Source: an uncultured delta proteobacterium (GTDB lineage: Bacteria > Desulfobacterota > Binatia > Binatales > Binataceae). Taken from it: a stretch of DNA of 64,000 nt. Location of the stretch: the NCBI GenBank assembly GCA_963724765.1, contig CAVRVY010000004.1, positions 1,408,001 through 1,472,000 of the forward strand, in the 5' to 3' direction. Position 1 is the stretch's first letter. The number at the start of each line of letters is the position of its first letter. A program made the position numbers and the translations under genes. Of the stretch, positions 1 through 10,186 are shown in pieces. Below the pieces are notes generated by a model. That model saw nothing but the letters and a program-made list of their open reading frames with translations, had not been told where the DNA came from and made no database searches.

Positions 1-917
1 CGTTCTTCGCCAGCGGCCACGTGCTCATCGAGGGCGTCCCCGGCACCGGCAAAACCACGCTGGTCAAGACGCTCGGCCTCGCACTTAACCTGAGCTTCAA
101 CCGTATCCAGTTCACCGTCGACCTGATGCCGGCCGACATCACCGGCACCCGGGTAATTCTCTCGGGCGAAGACGGCCGGCGGGAATTCTCCTTCCAGCCG
201 GGACCCGTGTTCTGCCACATCCTGCTCGGCGACGAGATCAACCGCGCCACACCCAAGACCCAGTCGGCGCTGCTCGAATGTATGGCCGAGTTGCAGGTGA
301 CGGTCTCCGGCATCACCCACACGCTCAAGCCACCGTACTTCGTGATGGCGACACTCAATCCGATCGAAATGGAGGGCACGTATCCTCTGCCCGAGGCTCA
401 ACTCGACCGCTTCCTCTTCAAGGTGCGGTTGGAGTACCCGGACGAGAGCGAGATGGTGCGTATCGTGACCAATACCACCGGCCCCGAGGACGCGGGCGTC
501 GAGCCGGTATTCTCGGTGGCCGAAGCGGCCGAGCGGATCGAGGCGCTCAAGCACCTGGTGCGCGAGGTGATGGTGGCGCAGCCGATCGAACACTACGCGG
601 CGCGGATGGTGCGCGCGACCCAGCCCAGCACCTCGCGCTTCATCGGCCAGCAAAGCAATGGCTTGCGCGTCGACGCGGTCGACCGCTACGTCAGCTTCGG
701 CGCGAGCCCGCGCGGGGCGCAGGCGCTCATCATGGGCGCCAAGGTGCGCGCTCTGCTCGACGGGCGCGCCAACGTGGCCTACGACGACATCGATCAGGTG
801 GCTCCCGCCGCGCTCCAGCATCGTGTGATGCTTAACTACGCAGCCCACTCCGACGGCATCGACGCGAGCCACGTCGTCGAGCGCGTCATCCAGGCGGTCC
901 GCCCAACCCGCGCCTGA
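1..917 (+). CDS. moxR: MoxR-family AAA+ ATPase (5' truncated by window edge)
   Basis: Frame is open from the window start ([18 protein letters not shown]). Walker [16 protein letters not shown], Walker [39 protein letters not shown]. Confidence 0.95.
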   Translation, partial: FFASGHVLIEGVPGTGKTTLVKTLGLALNLSFNRIQFTVDLMPADITGTRVILSGEDGRREFSFQPGPVFCHILLGDEINRATPKTQSALLECMAELQVTVSGITHTLKPPYFVMATLNPIEMEGTYPLPEAQLDRFLFKVRLEYPDESEMVRIVTNTTGPEDAGVEPVFSVAEAAERIEALKHLVREVMVAQPIEHYAARMVRATQPSTSRFIGQQSNGLRVDAVDRYVSFGASPRGAQALIMGAKVRALLDGRANVAYDDIDQVAPAALQHRVMLNYAAHSDGIDASHVVERVIQAVRPTRA

Positions 918-931
918 GCGGCTGGACCGAG

Positions 932-1840
932 ATGCTCGAGGCGCGCGCATTCGAGCCCGACTTTCTCCGCCGGCTTGACGGCCTGGTGCTCGGAGTTCAG
1001 CGTTCACGCACCGTGCGCGAAGGCCGCCGTTTGCTCGGGCGCGTGCAAGGACTCGGCATCGAACCCGAAAGTTTCAAGCAGTACACCGAGGGCGACGACC
1101 TGCGCTTCCTGGACTGGAACGCGTTCGCCCGGCTCGACGATCTGACGATTCGCACATTTCGGGCCGAGCGCGAAATCGAAGTCACCATCCTGGTTGACGC
1201 CAGCGCCTCGATGGGACTGCCGCGCGACGACGACAAGCTCGGCTTCGCGCTGGCCCTGGCGGCCTCGCTCGCCTACGTCGCGATGGCCAGCAACGATGCA
1301 GTGCGGCTGGGCGCGTTCACCACCGCACGCGGCACCGCGACGCGCCTGGAGACCTCCGCGCTGCATCGCCGGCGCGAGACCTATCCGGCCTTCCGAACGT
1401 TCGTAAGCTCGGTGCGCTCGGGCGGCGCCACGCAGATGGCCGAAGCGGTGGGCCGCCTGCTGCTCGAGCGCCGGCCGGCCGGCACCGTCATCCTGATCTC
1501 CGATTTCCTGGTCTCCGCCAGCGAATACGAACAGGCCTTGCGCAGCCTGCTGCGCGCGCGCCATGAGGTCAAGGTCATCCACGTGCTGGGCGACCGCGAG
1601 AGCAGCGGCAATTATCCGCCGGGCCACTATCGCGTACGCGATTCGGAAACCGGCGAACTGTGCGAGGTCACCCTCGGCGCGAGCGCGGCCGAGAACTGCC
1701 GGCGGCGAGTCGAGCGGCTGTCGGCCGATCTGGCGGCATTTTGCGCGGCCAACGCAATGGCATACGCGCGGGCCTTCGGCGCCAGCCATTTCGACGACAT
1801 CGTGATGCGCGAATTTCCCCGCCTGGGCGTGATGCGGTAG
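932..1840 (+). CDS. DUF58 domain protein (MoxR-associated, VWA-like)
   Basis: G.G.E...F.QY..GDDLRFLDWNAFAR, ILVDASASM, LISDF. Directly follows moxR. Confidence 0.92.
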   Translation: MLEARAFEPDFLRRLDGLVLGVQRSRTVREGRRLLGRVQGLGIEPESFKQYTEGDDLRFLDWNAFARLDDLTIRTFRAEREIEVTILVDASASMGLPRDDDKLGFALALAASLAYVAMASNDAVRLGAFTTARGTATRLETSALHRRRETYPAFRTFVSSVRSGGATQMAEAVGRLLLERRPAGTVILISDFLVSASEYEQALRSLLRARHEVKVIHVLGDRESSGNYPPGHYRVRDSETGELCEVTLGASAAENCRRRVERLSADLAAFCAANAMAYARAFGASHFDDIVMREFPRLGVMR

Positions 1841-1846
1841 CGCGCG

Positions 1847-3727
1847 ATGGGCCTGCTCAACCCCCGCAACCTGGCCTACCTCGCGAGTCTCGCCGTGCTG
1901 GTCGCGATTTACCTGCGCGCCCGCGCCAAGCCCACGCTCGAGGTTTCCAGCCTGATGCTGTTCGACGAGATCGCCGCGCCCGTGGCGAGCTCGCGCGTGT
2001 TGCGCACGGACCTGATGTTCTGGCTCGAGATGGCGGCGCTGGGCGCGCTCTCGATGGCGCTGGCGGGGCTGTACATCCGCGCCACGGCGCCGGCGGCCCA
2101 TCATCAGGCCCGCGCGCTGATTTTCGACCTTGGCGCCGGGATGGGAGCGCGCGAGGTAACCGGCACGCGGATTGACGACGCCCGGCGCCAGGCGCTCGAA
2201 ATCGTCACCGCGGCCAGACCCGGCGACAGCTTCAGCGTGATCGGCTACGCGCTGGAGGCCACGGTGTATCGCGCTCCGACCTCACATCTGGCCGACGTCC
2301 GCCAGGCGATCAGAGAGCTCAAGCCCGCGGCGCTGCCGGCACGGGCGGCCGCGATGCGCGCGGCGCTGATGCGTGCGCGCGGCACGGCCGAAATCGATGT
2401 CTTTGCCGACCGCGCGCCGGCCAGCGACTTGTTGAATTCCGCCGACGCCGGGGCGCGCGTGCATCTGCATCAGGTCGGCGCGCCCGCCGCCAATCTCGCG
2501 ATCGTGGCGCTCGAGCCCGGCACCGTGGGCGCGTCGCCGGGCCGGATGGTCGTGCGCAACTTCTCCGACCGTCCCCAGCTCTGCGAGATTGCTCTCGACC
2601 TCGATGCGCACAGCGTGCTGAGCACCACCATCGTGCTCGAACCGCGCGGGCAGACCGTGATGCCCTTTGGCCCGCTCAAGCGGGGCGGTCTGGTTCGGGC
2701 GCGCATCCTCACCGCCGACGCGCTCGACGCCGACAACAGCCGCTGGGCCTTTGCGCCCAACGACAAGCCCGATAAGGCGCTGGTGATGTCGCCCAGCCCC
2801 GAGGCGCGCGACGATCTGGCGCGGGTGCTGTTGGCGATCAACCAGAACCTGATCGTGACCGCGATCGATCCGGTCAAGTTCGATCTCGCGAGCGCCCCGC
2901 GTTATCGCCTGGCCGTGCTCGACGACGCCTACGACCCCGGCATCAACGCCGCCGCGCGTCTGATCATTTATCCGCCGCCCTGGCTGGAGCACTCGGCGCC
3001 GCCGTCATGGCAGTTGCCGGTGGTCGGCACGGTGGCGATAGCCGAGATGCAGGAGCGCGCCGACGGCGAGCAGCTTGGCCAGCCGCTCGCGCTCAGCCCC
3101 GCGCGCATCCTGAGCCTGCCGCAATGGATGGACGTGCTGGCGCACGGCACCGGCGCGGGCAGCAGCGGATCGTTTCCGCTGGCGGGTTTCGGCTACGACT
3201 CCCGCGGCGCGATAGGCATGATCGCGTTCAGCGTAAATGACCATATGCTGCTCGATCCCGACAAGCTCGAGGCGCTGGTGCTGACGGTGGAGATGGTCAA
3301 GCGCCTGCTGGCGCCGCAGGATTTGCAGGTCGTATCGACCGGCAGCGCGGTCAGCGTCCCGGCCGTGGGCGCCGTCAGGATCGTCGCACCCGACGGATCG
3401 GTGAGCGAGGCCCGGGCCGACGAGATGGGCCGCGTCAACGTGCGACCGATCGAGGCCGGTCGCTACGAGGTCAGTTCGGCGGGCGCCAAGTCGATTATCT
3501 ACGCCAACTACTACGACGCCGGCGAATCGGACCTTTCGGCCGCGCCGCCGGCGCCCGCATCCTCCGCGAAAGGGGCGCCCGAAAGGGCGGCGGCGATGGC
3601 CGTGCCCGCCGTGACCCGGGTGCAGCCGATCGCGACGTGGCTCGTCGCGCTTGCGCTGGTTGCGATGCTGCTGGAGTCGGCGATACTGACACGCAGGGCA
3701 ATGCGCTGGAGGGCGCGCGATGTTTGA
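1847..3727 (+). CDS. BatA N-terminal domain / VWA-like membrane protein
   Basis: N-terminal LLNP...LVAIYL...VSSLMLF double-TM BatA signature, degenerate MIDAS region, D.L.ADN motif, C-terminal TM. In the MoxR operon. Confidence 0.85.
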   Translation: MGLLNPRNLAYLASLAVLVAIYLRARAKPTLEVSSLMLFDEIAAPVASSRVLRTDLMFWLEMAALGALSMALAGLYIRATAPAAHHQARALIFDLGAGMGAREVTGTRIDDARRQALEIVTAARPGDSFSVIGYALEATVYRAPTSHLADVRQAIRELKPAALPARAAAMRAALMRARGTAEIDVFADRAPASDLLNSADAGARVHLHQVGAPAANLAIVALEPGTVGASPGRMVVRNFSDRPQLCEIALDLDAHSVLSTTIVLEPRGQTVMPFGPLKRGGLVRARILTADALDADNSRWAFAPNDKPDKALVMSPSPEARDDLARVLLAINQNLIVTAIDPVKFDLASAPRYRLAVLDDAYDPGINAAARLIIYPPPWLEHSAPPSWQLPVVGTVAIAEMQERADGEQLGQPLALSPARILSLPQWMDVLAHGTGAGSSGSFPLAGFGYDSRGAIGMIAFSVNDHMLLDPDKLEALVLTVEMVKRLLAPQDLQVVSTGSAVSVPAVGAVRIVAPDGSVSEARADEMGRVNVRPIEAGRYEVSSAGAKSIIYANYYDAGESDLSAAPPAPASSAKGAPERAAAMAVPAVTRVQPIATWLVALALVAMLLESAILTRRAMRWRARDV

Positions 3728-6323
3728 GCGTCCCGAACTGCTGTGGCTGCTGCTCGCCGTGCCGCTGTTGGTGGCGCCGGGCCTGATGGCCGTGCGCGCG
3801 GGGCGCCGTGGGGCCGGCGCGGCCGCCGCGGCACTGCGCGCGAGCCTGTTCGTGCTACTGGTCGTGCTGCTCGCCGGTTTGCGGTTGCCGCTCAAGACGC
3901 CGGCGCGGCGGATGGCAGTGGTGGTCGCGATGGACGCCTCGCATTCGATCGCGCCCGACCAGTTCCAGTGGATGCGTCAGCAGCTGGAGACGCTGCGCGC
4001 GGCGATGAGTCCGCGCGACCGCCTCGCGGTGCTCGAGTTTGGCCGCAGCACGCGCCTGCTGGCGCCGCTGGGCGATCCGCGCCTGGTGCGCGTCGATCGT
4101 TCGCGCACCGGCGCCGATCCTGGCGGCACCGATATCGCAGGCGGCCTCACCACCGCGCTCAGCCTGCTGCCGCCGCAGGACGAAAAGCGGATCGTGCTGC
4201 TGACCGACGGCAACGAGACCGATGGCGACGCGAGAGCCGAAGTTCCCGCGCTGGTCGAGCAGGGCGCGCGGCTGTACGCCGCGGCCCCGCCGCCGTCGGC
4301 GGCGGGGCGGGTCGCGATCGTCGACTTTCAGGCGCCTACCCCCGTGCGCGCGCACGCCAGCTTCGCGCTCAGACTCGACATTCTGAGCGAAGCACGCGCG
4401 CCGGCCGTCGCACGCGTGCGGCTGACCAGCAACGGCGAGGAATTGGGCCATCGTTCGGTCGTGCTCCAGCCGGGGCTCAACCGTTTCGCCCTGCCCTACC
4501 AGTTGGATCGTTACGGCGCTTACCTGCTCAACGCGCGGATCGACGTCGACTCGCCGCTGGTCGCCGCCAACCCTGGCGCGGAGACCGCGGTCTCGGTCAT
4601 CGGGCCGCCGCGTGTGCTGGTGGTCTCGACCAGTCCGCCCGACAGCCTGATGAGCGCGCTCAGGCTGCGCCAGTACGAGGTTCAGGAGACGCCGCCGCAT
4701 GGGCTGCCGGCCGATCCCGAGGCTTATCTCGCCTACCAGGTGGTGATCCTGGTCGACGTGACTGCGGCGGCGCTGACGCCCAACGTGCAGGCGGCGCTGG
4801 CCCGCTACGTTGGCGACTATGGCGGCGGGCTGATCGTGACCGGCGACGCGCTGCGCGACGAAAAGTTTCATCGGGGCGAACTGGAAAAAGCGCTGCCGAT
4901 AACTTTCACCCCGCAGCCGCCGCCGCCCTCGCGCGAACCGATCGCGGTCTACCTGTTGATCGACCGATCCAACTCGATGAGCTACAACTCGCGCTACCCG
5001 GCGGTGCGCGACGGCGAACGCATCCGCTACGCCAAGGAGGCCGCGGCCGCCCTGCTCAACCAGCTTGACGACACCGACTACGCGGGCGTGATCGCATTCG
5101 ACTCGGAACCCTACGTGCTCTCGCATCTGCGCCCGGTGGGCGAAGACCGCGCCGAGCTGACCCGCCGGATCGAGCGGCTGGAACCCGGCGGCGGCACCGA
5201 CTTCAAGGAATCGCTGGAAATCGCCGAGCGCGAGATTCTCGCCAGCGGCATTCCGGTGCATCAGGTGATCCTGATCACCGACGGCGACACCAATCGCCAG
5301 TATCACGATCATGATCAGTTGATGACCGATTTCGACAAGCAACACATCTCGGTCTCGACCATCCGCATCGGACCCGACCTGGAGAACCTCCGCCTCCTGC
5401 AGGATTTCGCCAAGATCACCGGCGGCACCTTCTACCGCGTCGAGGACATCCGCAAGCTGCCCCTGTTGCTCGTTCGCCTCACCCATCAGGCGATCGCCGA
5501 CAAGCGCCATCAGCAGAGCCATCTCGAATACGCCGGCGAAAGCACGATCTTAAGCGGCATCAGCCAGCACGAGATTCCGCCGATCGGGCTGTTCGCGACC
5601 ACCGTGCCCAAGGACGGCGCCGCCGTGCCGCTCCGCATCAGGCGCAACAACATCGCCTCGCCACTACTCGCCGCCTGGCAGTACGGCCTCGGACGCAGCG
5701 CGGTCTTCGCCGCCGACACCGACTCGACCGCATCGCTCAGTTGGGTGCGATGGAACCGTTACGCGGAATTCTGGTCACAGCTCGCTAGCTGGGTGATGCG
5801 CCAGGGCGATTCGGGACCATTCAGCCTGCGCGTGCATAACGCGGCGGGCGGCGTCCTCAGCCTGCAGGCGGAAAAGGCCGACAATGGACCGGTTAACAAC
5901 CTGGTCTGCCGCATCAGTGGCACGGGCAACGCGGCAGGTAACGCGATGGACGTGCCGATGACCGAGTCGGGGCGCGCGGTCTATACCGGCGAGTCCGCGC
6001 CGCTGCGGCGCGGCAAGTACAACGTCACGCTGATGGTCAAGGACGGCGACACCGAGCGCGTGCTGGTGCGGCGCGAGGTCGCGGTGCCAGAGGCGGGGCC
6101 GGCCGACCAGGCCGAGCTCAAGCTGCGCCCGGCCAACCTCGACCTATTACGCGAACTCGCGCGCGCCACCGGAGGCGCGGTCGGCGTGCCGCCGGCGCAG
6201 ATGCTCGAACCGCGGGGCCAACTGGTAACTATCTATCGCGACGCCAATCCTTACCTGCTGCCGCTGGTGATCGTACTGCTGCTGGGCGAGGTCTTCGTGC
6301 GCCGCCGCTACCTCGGCGACTGA
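3720..6323 (+). CDS. Large membrane-anchored protein with two VWA domains and a glutamine-amidotransferase-like domain
   Basis: MIDAS motifs DASHS and DRSNSM, LLTDG/LITDG, GGGTD, AWQYGLGRSAVF, terminal TM helices. Overlaps the previous gene by 8 nt. Confidence 0.88.
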   Translation: MFERPELLWLLLAVPLLVAPGLMAVRAGRRGAGAAAAALRASLFVLLVVLLAGLRLPLKTPARRMAVVVAMDASHSIAPDQFQWMRQQLETLRAAMSPRDRLAVLEFGRSTRLLAPLGDPRLVRVDRSRTGADPGGTDIAGGLTTALSLLPPQDEKRIVLLTDGNETDGDARAEVPALVEQGARLYAAAPPPSAAGRVAIVDFQAPTPVRAHASFALRLDILSEARAPAVARVRLTSNGEELGHRSVVLQPGLNRFALPYQLDRYGAYLLNARIDVDSPLVAANPGAETAVSVIGPPRVLVVSTSPPDSLMSALRLRQYEVQETPPHGLPADPEAYLAYQVVILVDVTAAALTPNVQAALARYVGDYGGGLIVTGDALRDEKFHRGELEKALPITFTPQPPPPSREPIAVYLLIDRSNSMSYNSRYPAVRDGERIRYAKEAAAALLNQLDDTDYAGVIAFDSEPYVLSHLRPVGEDRAELTRRIERLEPGGGTDFKESLEIAEREILASGIPVHQVILITDGDTNRQYHDHDQLMTDFDKQHISVSTIRIGPDLENLRLLQDFAKITGGTFYRVEDIRKLPLLLVRLTHQAIADKRHQQSHLEYAGESTILSGISQHEIPPIGLFATTVPKDGAAVPLRIRRNNIASPLLAAWQYGLGRSAVFAADTDSTASLSWVRWNRYAEFWSQLASWVMRQGDSGPFSLRVHNAAGGVLSLQAEKADNGPVNNLVCRISGTGNAAGNAMDVPMTESGRAVYTGESAPLRRGKYNVTLMVKDGDTERVLVRREVAVPEAGPADQAELKLRPANLDLLRELARATGGAVGVPPAQMLEPRGQLVTIYRDANPYLLPLVIVLLLGEVFVRRRYLGD

Positions 6324-6402
6324 CGACAGGTCTCTGAATCCTGCGAAATTGCTGTGGACTGCGCGACCGCGCCGCAATACGACCGGGATGATGCGATGCG
6401 GC

Positions 6403-7587
6403 TCAGCGGCTGCGGCGCGCGGCGAGCTTTTCGCCGAGGTGCTCGAGGCGTTCTGCCGCCGCGGCCAGAGTCTGGTCGCTTTTTGAAAAAGTGAAGCGCA
6501 GCATCCGATGGCCGAGTTCGTTGCGATGATAGAAGCTGGAGCCGGGCACCGCGGCAACCCCGACCGCGTCGAGAAAAAAGTCGGCAGCCTCAAAGTCGTC
6601 ACGAAAGCCAAGCTCACCGATGTCAGTCATGATGTAGTACGCGCCCTGCGGCATCCAGCAGCGCAGCCCCGCGCCCTTGAGCGCCGCCAGCAGGACCGCG
6701 CGCTTGCGCTCATACATCGCTTTCAATTCGGCGTAAAACGACTCGGGCATCGCGAGCGCAGCGGCGCCGGCCTCCTGCAGCGGGTGCGGCGCGCCGACGG
6801 TTAGAAAGTCGTGCACCTTGCGGATCGCCCCGGTCAGCTGCTCGCAGGCGATCGCATAGGCCAGCCGCCAGCCGGTAATCGAATAGGTCTTGGAGAGGCC
6901 GCTGACGGTGATCGTGCGCTCGGCCATCCCGGGCAGGCTGCCAATCGACAGATGACGCGCGCCGTCGAAAATGATGTGCTCGTAGATTTCGTCGGTCACC
7001 GCCAGCGTGTCGTGGCGCCGGCATAGCTCCGCGATATGCTCCAGTTCAGCCCGGTTGAAGACCTTGCCCGAAGGGTTGTGGGGCGTATTGATGACGATCG
7101 CCTTGGTGCGCGGGCTGAAAGCCGCTTCGAGCTCGCCGCGATCGATCGCGAAGTCAGGCTCTCGCAACGCCACGTAACGCGCCGTCGCGCCGGCCAGGAT
7201 CACGTCGGGGCCATAGTTCTCATAGAACGGCTCGAAGATGATCACTTCATCGCCCGGATTGATAACCGCGAGCATCGTCGCGACCATCGCCTCGGTGGCG
7301 CCGCAAGTCACGGTGACGTTACGGTCGGGATCGCATTCGAGCCGGTTGTAGGCGCGCGCCTTGTCGGCGATCGCGCGGCGGAAGTTGGGCGAGCCATGCG
7401 TGATCGCGTACTGATTGTAGTCCTCGTCGATCGCGCGCTTGGCCGCCTCTTTGAGTTCCGCGGGGGCGGCAAAATCGGGAAATCCCTGCGCCAGGTTGAC
7501 CGCGCCGCAAGCCAGCGCCCGTCGCGTCATCTCGCGAATGACCGATTCGGTGAATAGTCGTGTCTTGTGTGATATGTCGGTCGGCAT
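6403..7587 (-). CDS. PLP-dependent aminotransferase class I/II (YbdL/kynurenine aminotransferase-like)
   Basis: VNLAQGFPDF, NTPHNPSGKV, DEIYEH, SKTYSITGWRL (PLP lysine). Confidence 0.93.
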   Translation of the reverse strand: MPTDISHKTRLFTESVIREMTRRALACGAVNLAQGFPDFAAPAELKEAAKRAIDEDYNQYAITHGSPNFRRAIADKARAYNRLECDPDRNVTVTCGATEAMVATMLAVINPGDEVIIFEPFYENYGPDVILAGATARYVALREPDFAIDRGELEAAFSPRTKAIVINTPHNPSGKVFNRAELEHIAELCRRHDTLAVTDEIYEHIIFDGARHLSIGSLPGMAERTITVSGLSKTYSITGWRLAYAIACEQLTGAIRKVHDFLTVGAPHPLQEAGAAALAMPESFYAELKAMYERKRAVLLAALKGAGLRCWMPQGAYYIMTDIGELGFRDDFEAADFFLDAVGVAAVPGSSFYHRNELGHRMLRFTFSKSDQTLAAAAERLEHLGEKLAARRSR

Positions 7588-7783
7588 CGCCCGCCCAGTT
7601 TACGCGCGCCGCACTACGAGCGCCAAGTGGCCGTCGCGTGTGCGCGCGAGCCAAACGCGGCAATCGGCATGGCGCGCACCGATGCGCTGGCGAAAATCAA
7701 TACGCGCTGCGGGAATTAAATCTGAACGACGGCCCGCTGCAGTGAAGACTTGGTCGCAGGCGAAATATGTCGCCAGGAAGGAT

Positions 7784-7999
7784 TCAGTGACCGATTTCGG
7801 CTCGTAGCTCTTCGAGCTGCGCAGCGCCTTGCTGCAGACGCCATTCGTCGATCGCTTCAACGTTGAAGCGCCAGTCACTTCCAATCTTGAAACCCGGCAA
7901 CTGCCCTTTTTTTAGCAGGCGATAGATCGTCGAGCGGTGTACTCTGAGGTACTCGGAAAGCTCGTTGACCGTCAGAACTTTTGCGCCAGTTGATGGCAT
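7784..7999 (-). CDS. Small excisionase-like helix-turn-helix DNA-binding protein (HTH_17)
   Basis: LTVNELSEYLRVHRSTIYRLLKKGQLPGFKIGSDWRF. Purine-rich RBS upstream. Confidence 0.9.
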   Translation of the reverse strand: MPSTGAKVLTVNELSEYLRVHRSTIYRLLKKGQLPGFKIGSDWRFNVEAIDEWRLQQGAAQLEELRAEIGH

Positions 8000-8343
8000 C
8001 TTCCTATCCCCTTTGGACCAAACTAATGCCCAACCTCCGCCTCTTGTTATGCCGATTCCGGTCTAATTGTGCCAATCTTCGGCATTGATATGCATTAATA
8101 GGATAGATTTCTCGAAAAGAAAAGTCCCCTTGAGAACCGAGTCAAGCACTTTTCTCGATATTGTTCACCCGGCGGAATCACCCTGCCAACCGGCGGAACG
8201 CAATACCTGTTGCGACGGTTGCAGTCCACCGAATCTCGATCTGGCGATCAAGAGCCGAAGATCCATAATGCTCCAAGCGATCTCCCGCCGGGCATCGGCC
8301 CCGGCTTGTCCAACCGGACGCGCGCGAATAGGTTCGATCACGG

Positions 8344-9057
8344 ATGGCTCCGCAGGTGAGGATCGGCGCTTCTGGCTTCAGCTACAAGAAATGGCTCGGA
8401 GCCTTCTACCCGCCCAAACTGCCGGGTTCAAAGATGCTCGCCTATTACGCCGAGCGTCTGCCAACGGTGGAGATCAACTACACGTTTCGCGCGATGCCGC
8501 GGCGCGCGATGCTCGAGCGATGGGCGGAGCAGACGCCGGCGCACTTCCGTTTCGCACTGAAAGCGCCGCAGCGCATCACGCACTTCGCACGGTTGCGGAA
8601 CACCGCCGAGACCGTCGGCTTCTTCGCCGAAACCGTCGCCGTGCTGGGCGAGCGGCTGGGCCCCACGCTATTCCAGCTTCCGCCCGACTTCGGCCGTGAC
8701 GTGGCGTTGTTGCGGGAGTTCATCGCGATGCTGAGCGGGCGCCTGCGCGCGGCCTTCGAGTTCCGCAATCACTCATGGTTCGACGACGACGCCGCTCTGC
8801 AAGCGCTGCGCGACGGCGGCGCCGCCCTGTGCATCGCCGAGAGCGACCGCCTGGCAAGCCCGGTCGAGCGCACCGCCCCCTACGTCTACGCGCGCCTGCG
8901 CAAGGAAACCTACGATGACGCTGCGCTTAGGGAATGGGCCGCGCGTCTGGCGCGCGTAAGTGAAGGCGCCGACGAGATCTACGTCTACTTCAAGCACGAA
9001 ACCGGCGCGCCGGAGCTTGCCGCGCGCCTGCAACGCCTGCTCGCCGACGGCATTTGA
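8344..9057 (+). CDS. DUF72 (YecE-like) protein
   Basis: IGASGFSYKKW.G.FYP, TVEINYTF, F.LKAPQRITH, LFQLPP, EFRN.SW, YVYFKHE. Confidence 0.93.
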   Translation: MAPQVRIGASGFSYKKWLGAFYPPKLPGSKMLAYYAERLPTVEINYTFRAMPRRAMLERWAEQTPAHFRFALKAPQRITHFARLRNTAETVGFFAETVAVLGERLGPTLFQLPPDFGRDVALLREFIAMLSGRLRAAFEFRNHSWFDDDAALQALRDGGAALCIAESDRLASPVERTAPYVYARLRKETYDDAALREWAARLARVSEGADEIYVYFKHETGAPELAARLQRLLADGI

Positions 9058-9686
9058 TGACATCCGAACAGGCATCCGTGGCGGCCGCCGCGCTGCCGGC
9101 AGGCGAGTACCGTTACGAGCTGCGCCGCGGCGGCGAGCTGATCGCAGTCGAGGAGGAAACCCTCGACACCGGGTTCATTCGCGGCGTGCGGCGCACTCCC
9201 GACGGGCTCAACCGCCACGAGGTCGAGGCGCGTCTGGACGCCGGCGGCTTCATCACCGCCGTCGCGGTGCGTTACAGCCGCGGGCCGTTCAAGCGCAGCG
9301 CCAGCTACGATGCCACCGGCGATCTCATCCGCGGCCATCTTATCGCGGCCGGCGGCCGTGAAGAGGTGAGCTCCAAGCTCGGTCGCATGCACGAGGTCGA
9401 TGCCGATCTGATCCTGTGCAAGGCGCTGATCATCGCGCACGTCCGCGCCCGCGGGCAGGCGCGATGGATCGGGCGAGTCGCGATGATCGATCCGACCACG
9501 CTGGTGGCCGCCTCGCCCAAGCAGACCTACCGCCGGCTCGACGAGGCGGGGCGGCTATGGATTTTCGAGCCGCGCATGGGCGACGCCGAGGAAATCGAAA
9601 TTGACGAGGCCGGCCGCGTCGTGCGCCGCCGCGCACGCGATGCCGCCGAAACCGCTCTGGTGAGCTTCGTTGCCGCCGACGCTTAA
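9057..9686 (+). CDS. Hypothetical protein (beta-rich)
   Basis: ATG overlaps the DUF72 stop (TGATG). Coding-like GC3. No recognised motif. Confidence 0.7.
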   Translation: MTSEQASVAAAALPAGEYRYELRRGGELIAVEEETLDTGFIRGVRRTPDGLNRHEVEARLDAGGFITAVAVRYSRGPFKRSASYDATGDLIRGHLIAAGGREEVSSKLGRMHEVDADLILCKALIIAHVRARGQARWIGRVAMIDPTTLVAASPKQTYRRLDEAGRLWIFEPRMGDAEEIEIDEAGRVVRRRARDAAETALVSFVAADA

Positions 9687-9717
9687 GGCTCAGCGCGCGC
9701 GGCTTCGGCCGTTATCC

Positions 9718-10053
9718 TCACGCTGCCATCCGGTCGCGCGGCATCCGGCAATCGCCGTCGAATTGCGCGCCTTCGTTGAGGATAAGGCTGGGCGTATTGA
9801 TCGTACAGTGCAGCTGCGCCGAGGACAGCAGCTCCAGGCGCTGGCGCGCCACGATCTCGCCGCTCACGGCGCCGGCGATGGTCAGGCGCGTCGCCGTAAT
9901 CTTGGCCGAGACCACCGCGCCTTCGGCGATCACGATCTCATCGCCAACTATTTCGCCGTCGGCCTCGCCCTCAATTCGTACCGTGCCATGAAAATGCAGA
10001 TTGCCCGAGACTTTCGTGCCTTTACCGATTCGAGATTCTTCCGTAGCTGCCAT
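9718..10053 (-). CDS. Bactofilin / polymer-forming cytoskeletal protein (CcmA family)
   Basis: MAATEESRIGKGTKVSGNLHFHGTVRIEG...GAQFDGDCRM beta-helix repeats. Start reassigned to the ATG at 10053, after the GGGGGAG RBS. Confidence 0.9.
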   Translation of the reverse strand: MAATEESRIGKGTKVSGNLHFHGTVRIEGEADGEIVGDEIVIAEGAVVSAKITATRLTIAGAVSGEIVARQRLELLSSAQLHCTINTPSLILNEGAQFDGDCRMPRDRMAA

Positions 10054-10186
10054 TTCTCCCCCCTTGGATCGACGGCGAACGCGAAAACTATGACGACAAA
10101 ATCGGCCGTGTGCAAACCTTTGCGCGAGGGACACCGCCGCTTGTACGGCTCGTCGCCGGCCGCAGATTTTTGTTAGGCTAGCAGCG

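Noticed and set aside
3855-5522. Long antisense or alternate-frame ORFs (e.g. 3855-5522, 15333-16745, 23003-24442, 42607-44187, 44609-45946, 49503-50873)
   Set aside because: Shadows of well-supported genes in high-GC DNA, with no family motifs of their own.
7784-7999. Prophage or ICE suggested by the excisionase-like gene
   Set aside because: No integrase, phage, conjugation or att features anywhere in the window.
8325-8336. CGAA-TAGG-TTCG palindrome before DUF72 as a Gram-positive SOS box
   Set aside because: The spacing does not fit GAAC-N4-GTTC and it differs from the repeat at lexA. It may be chance.
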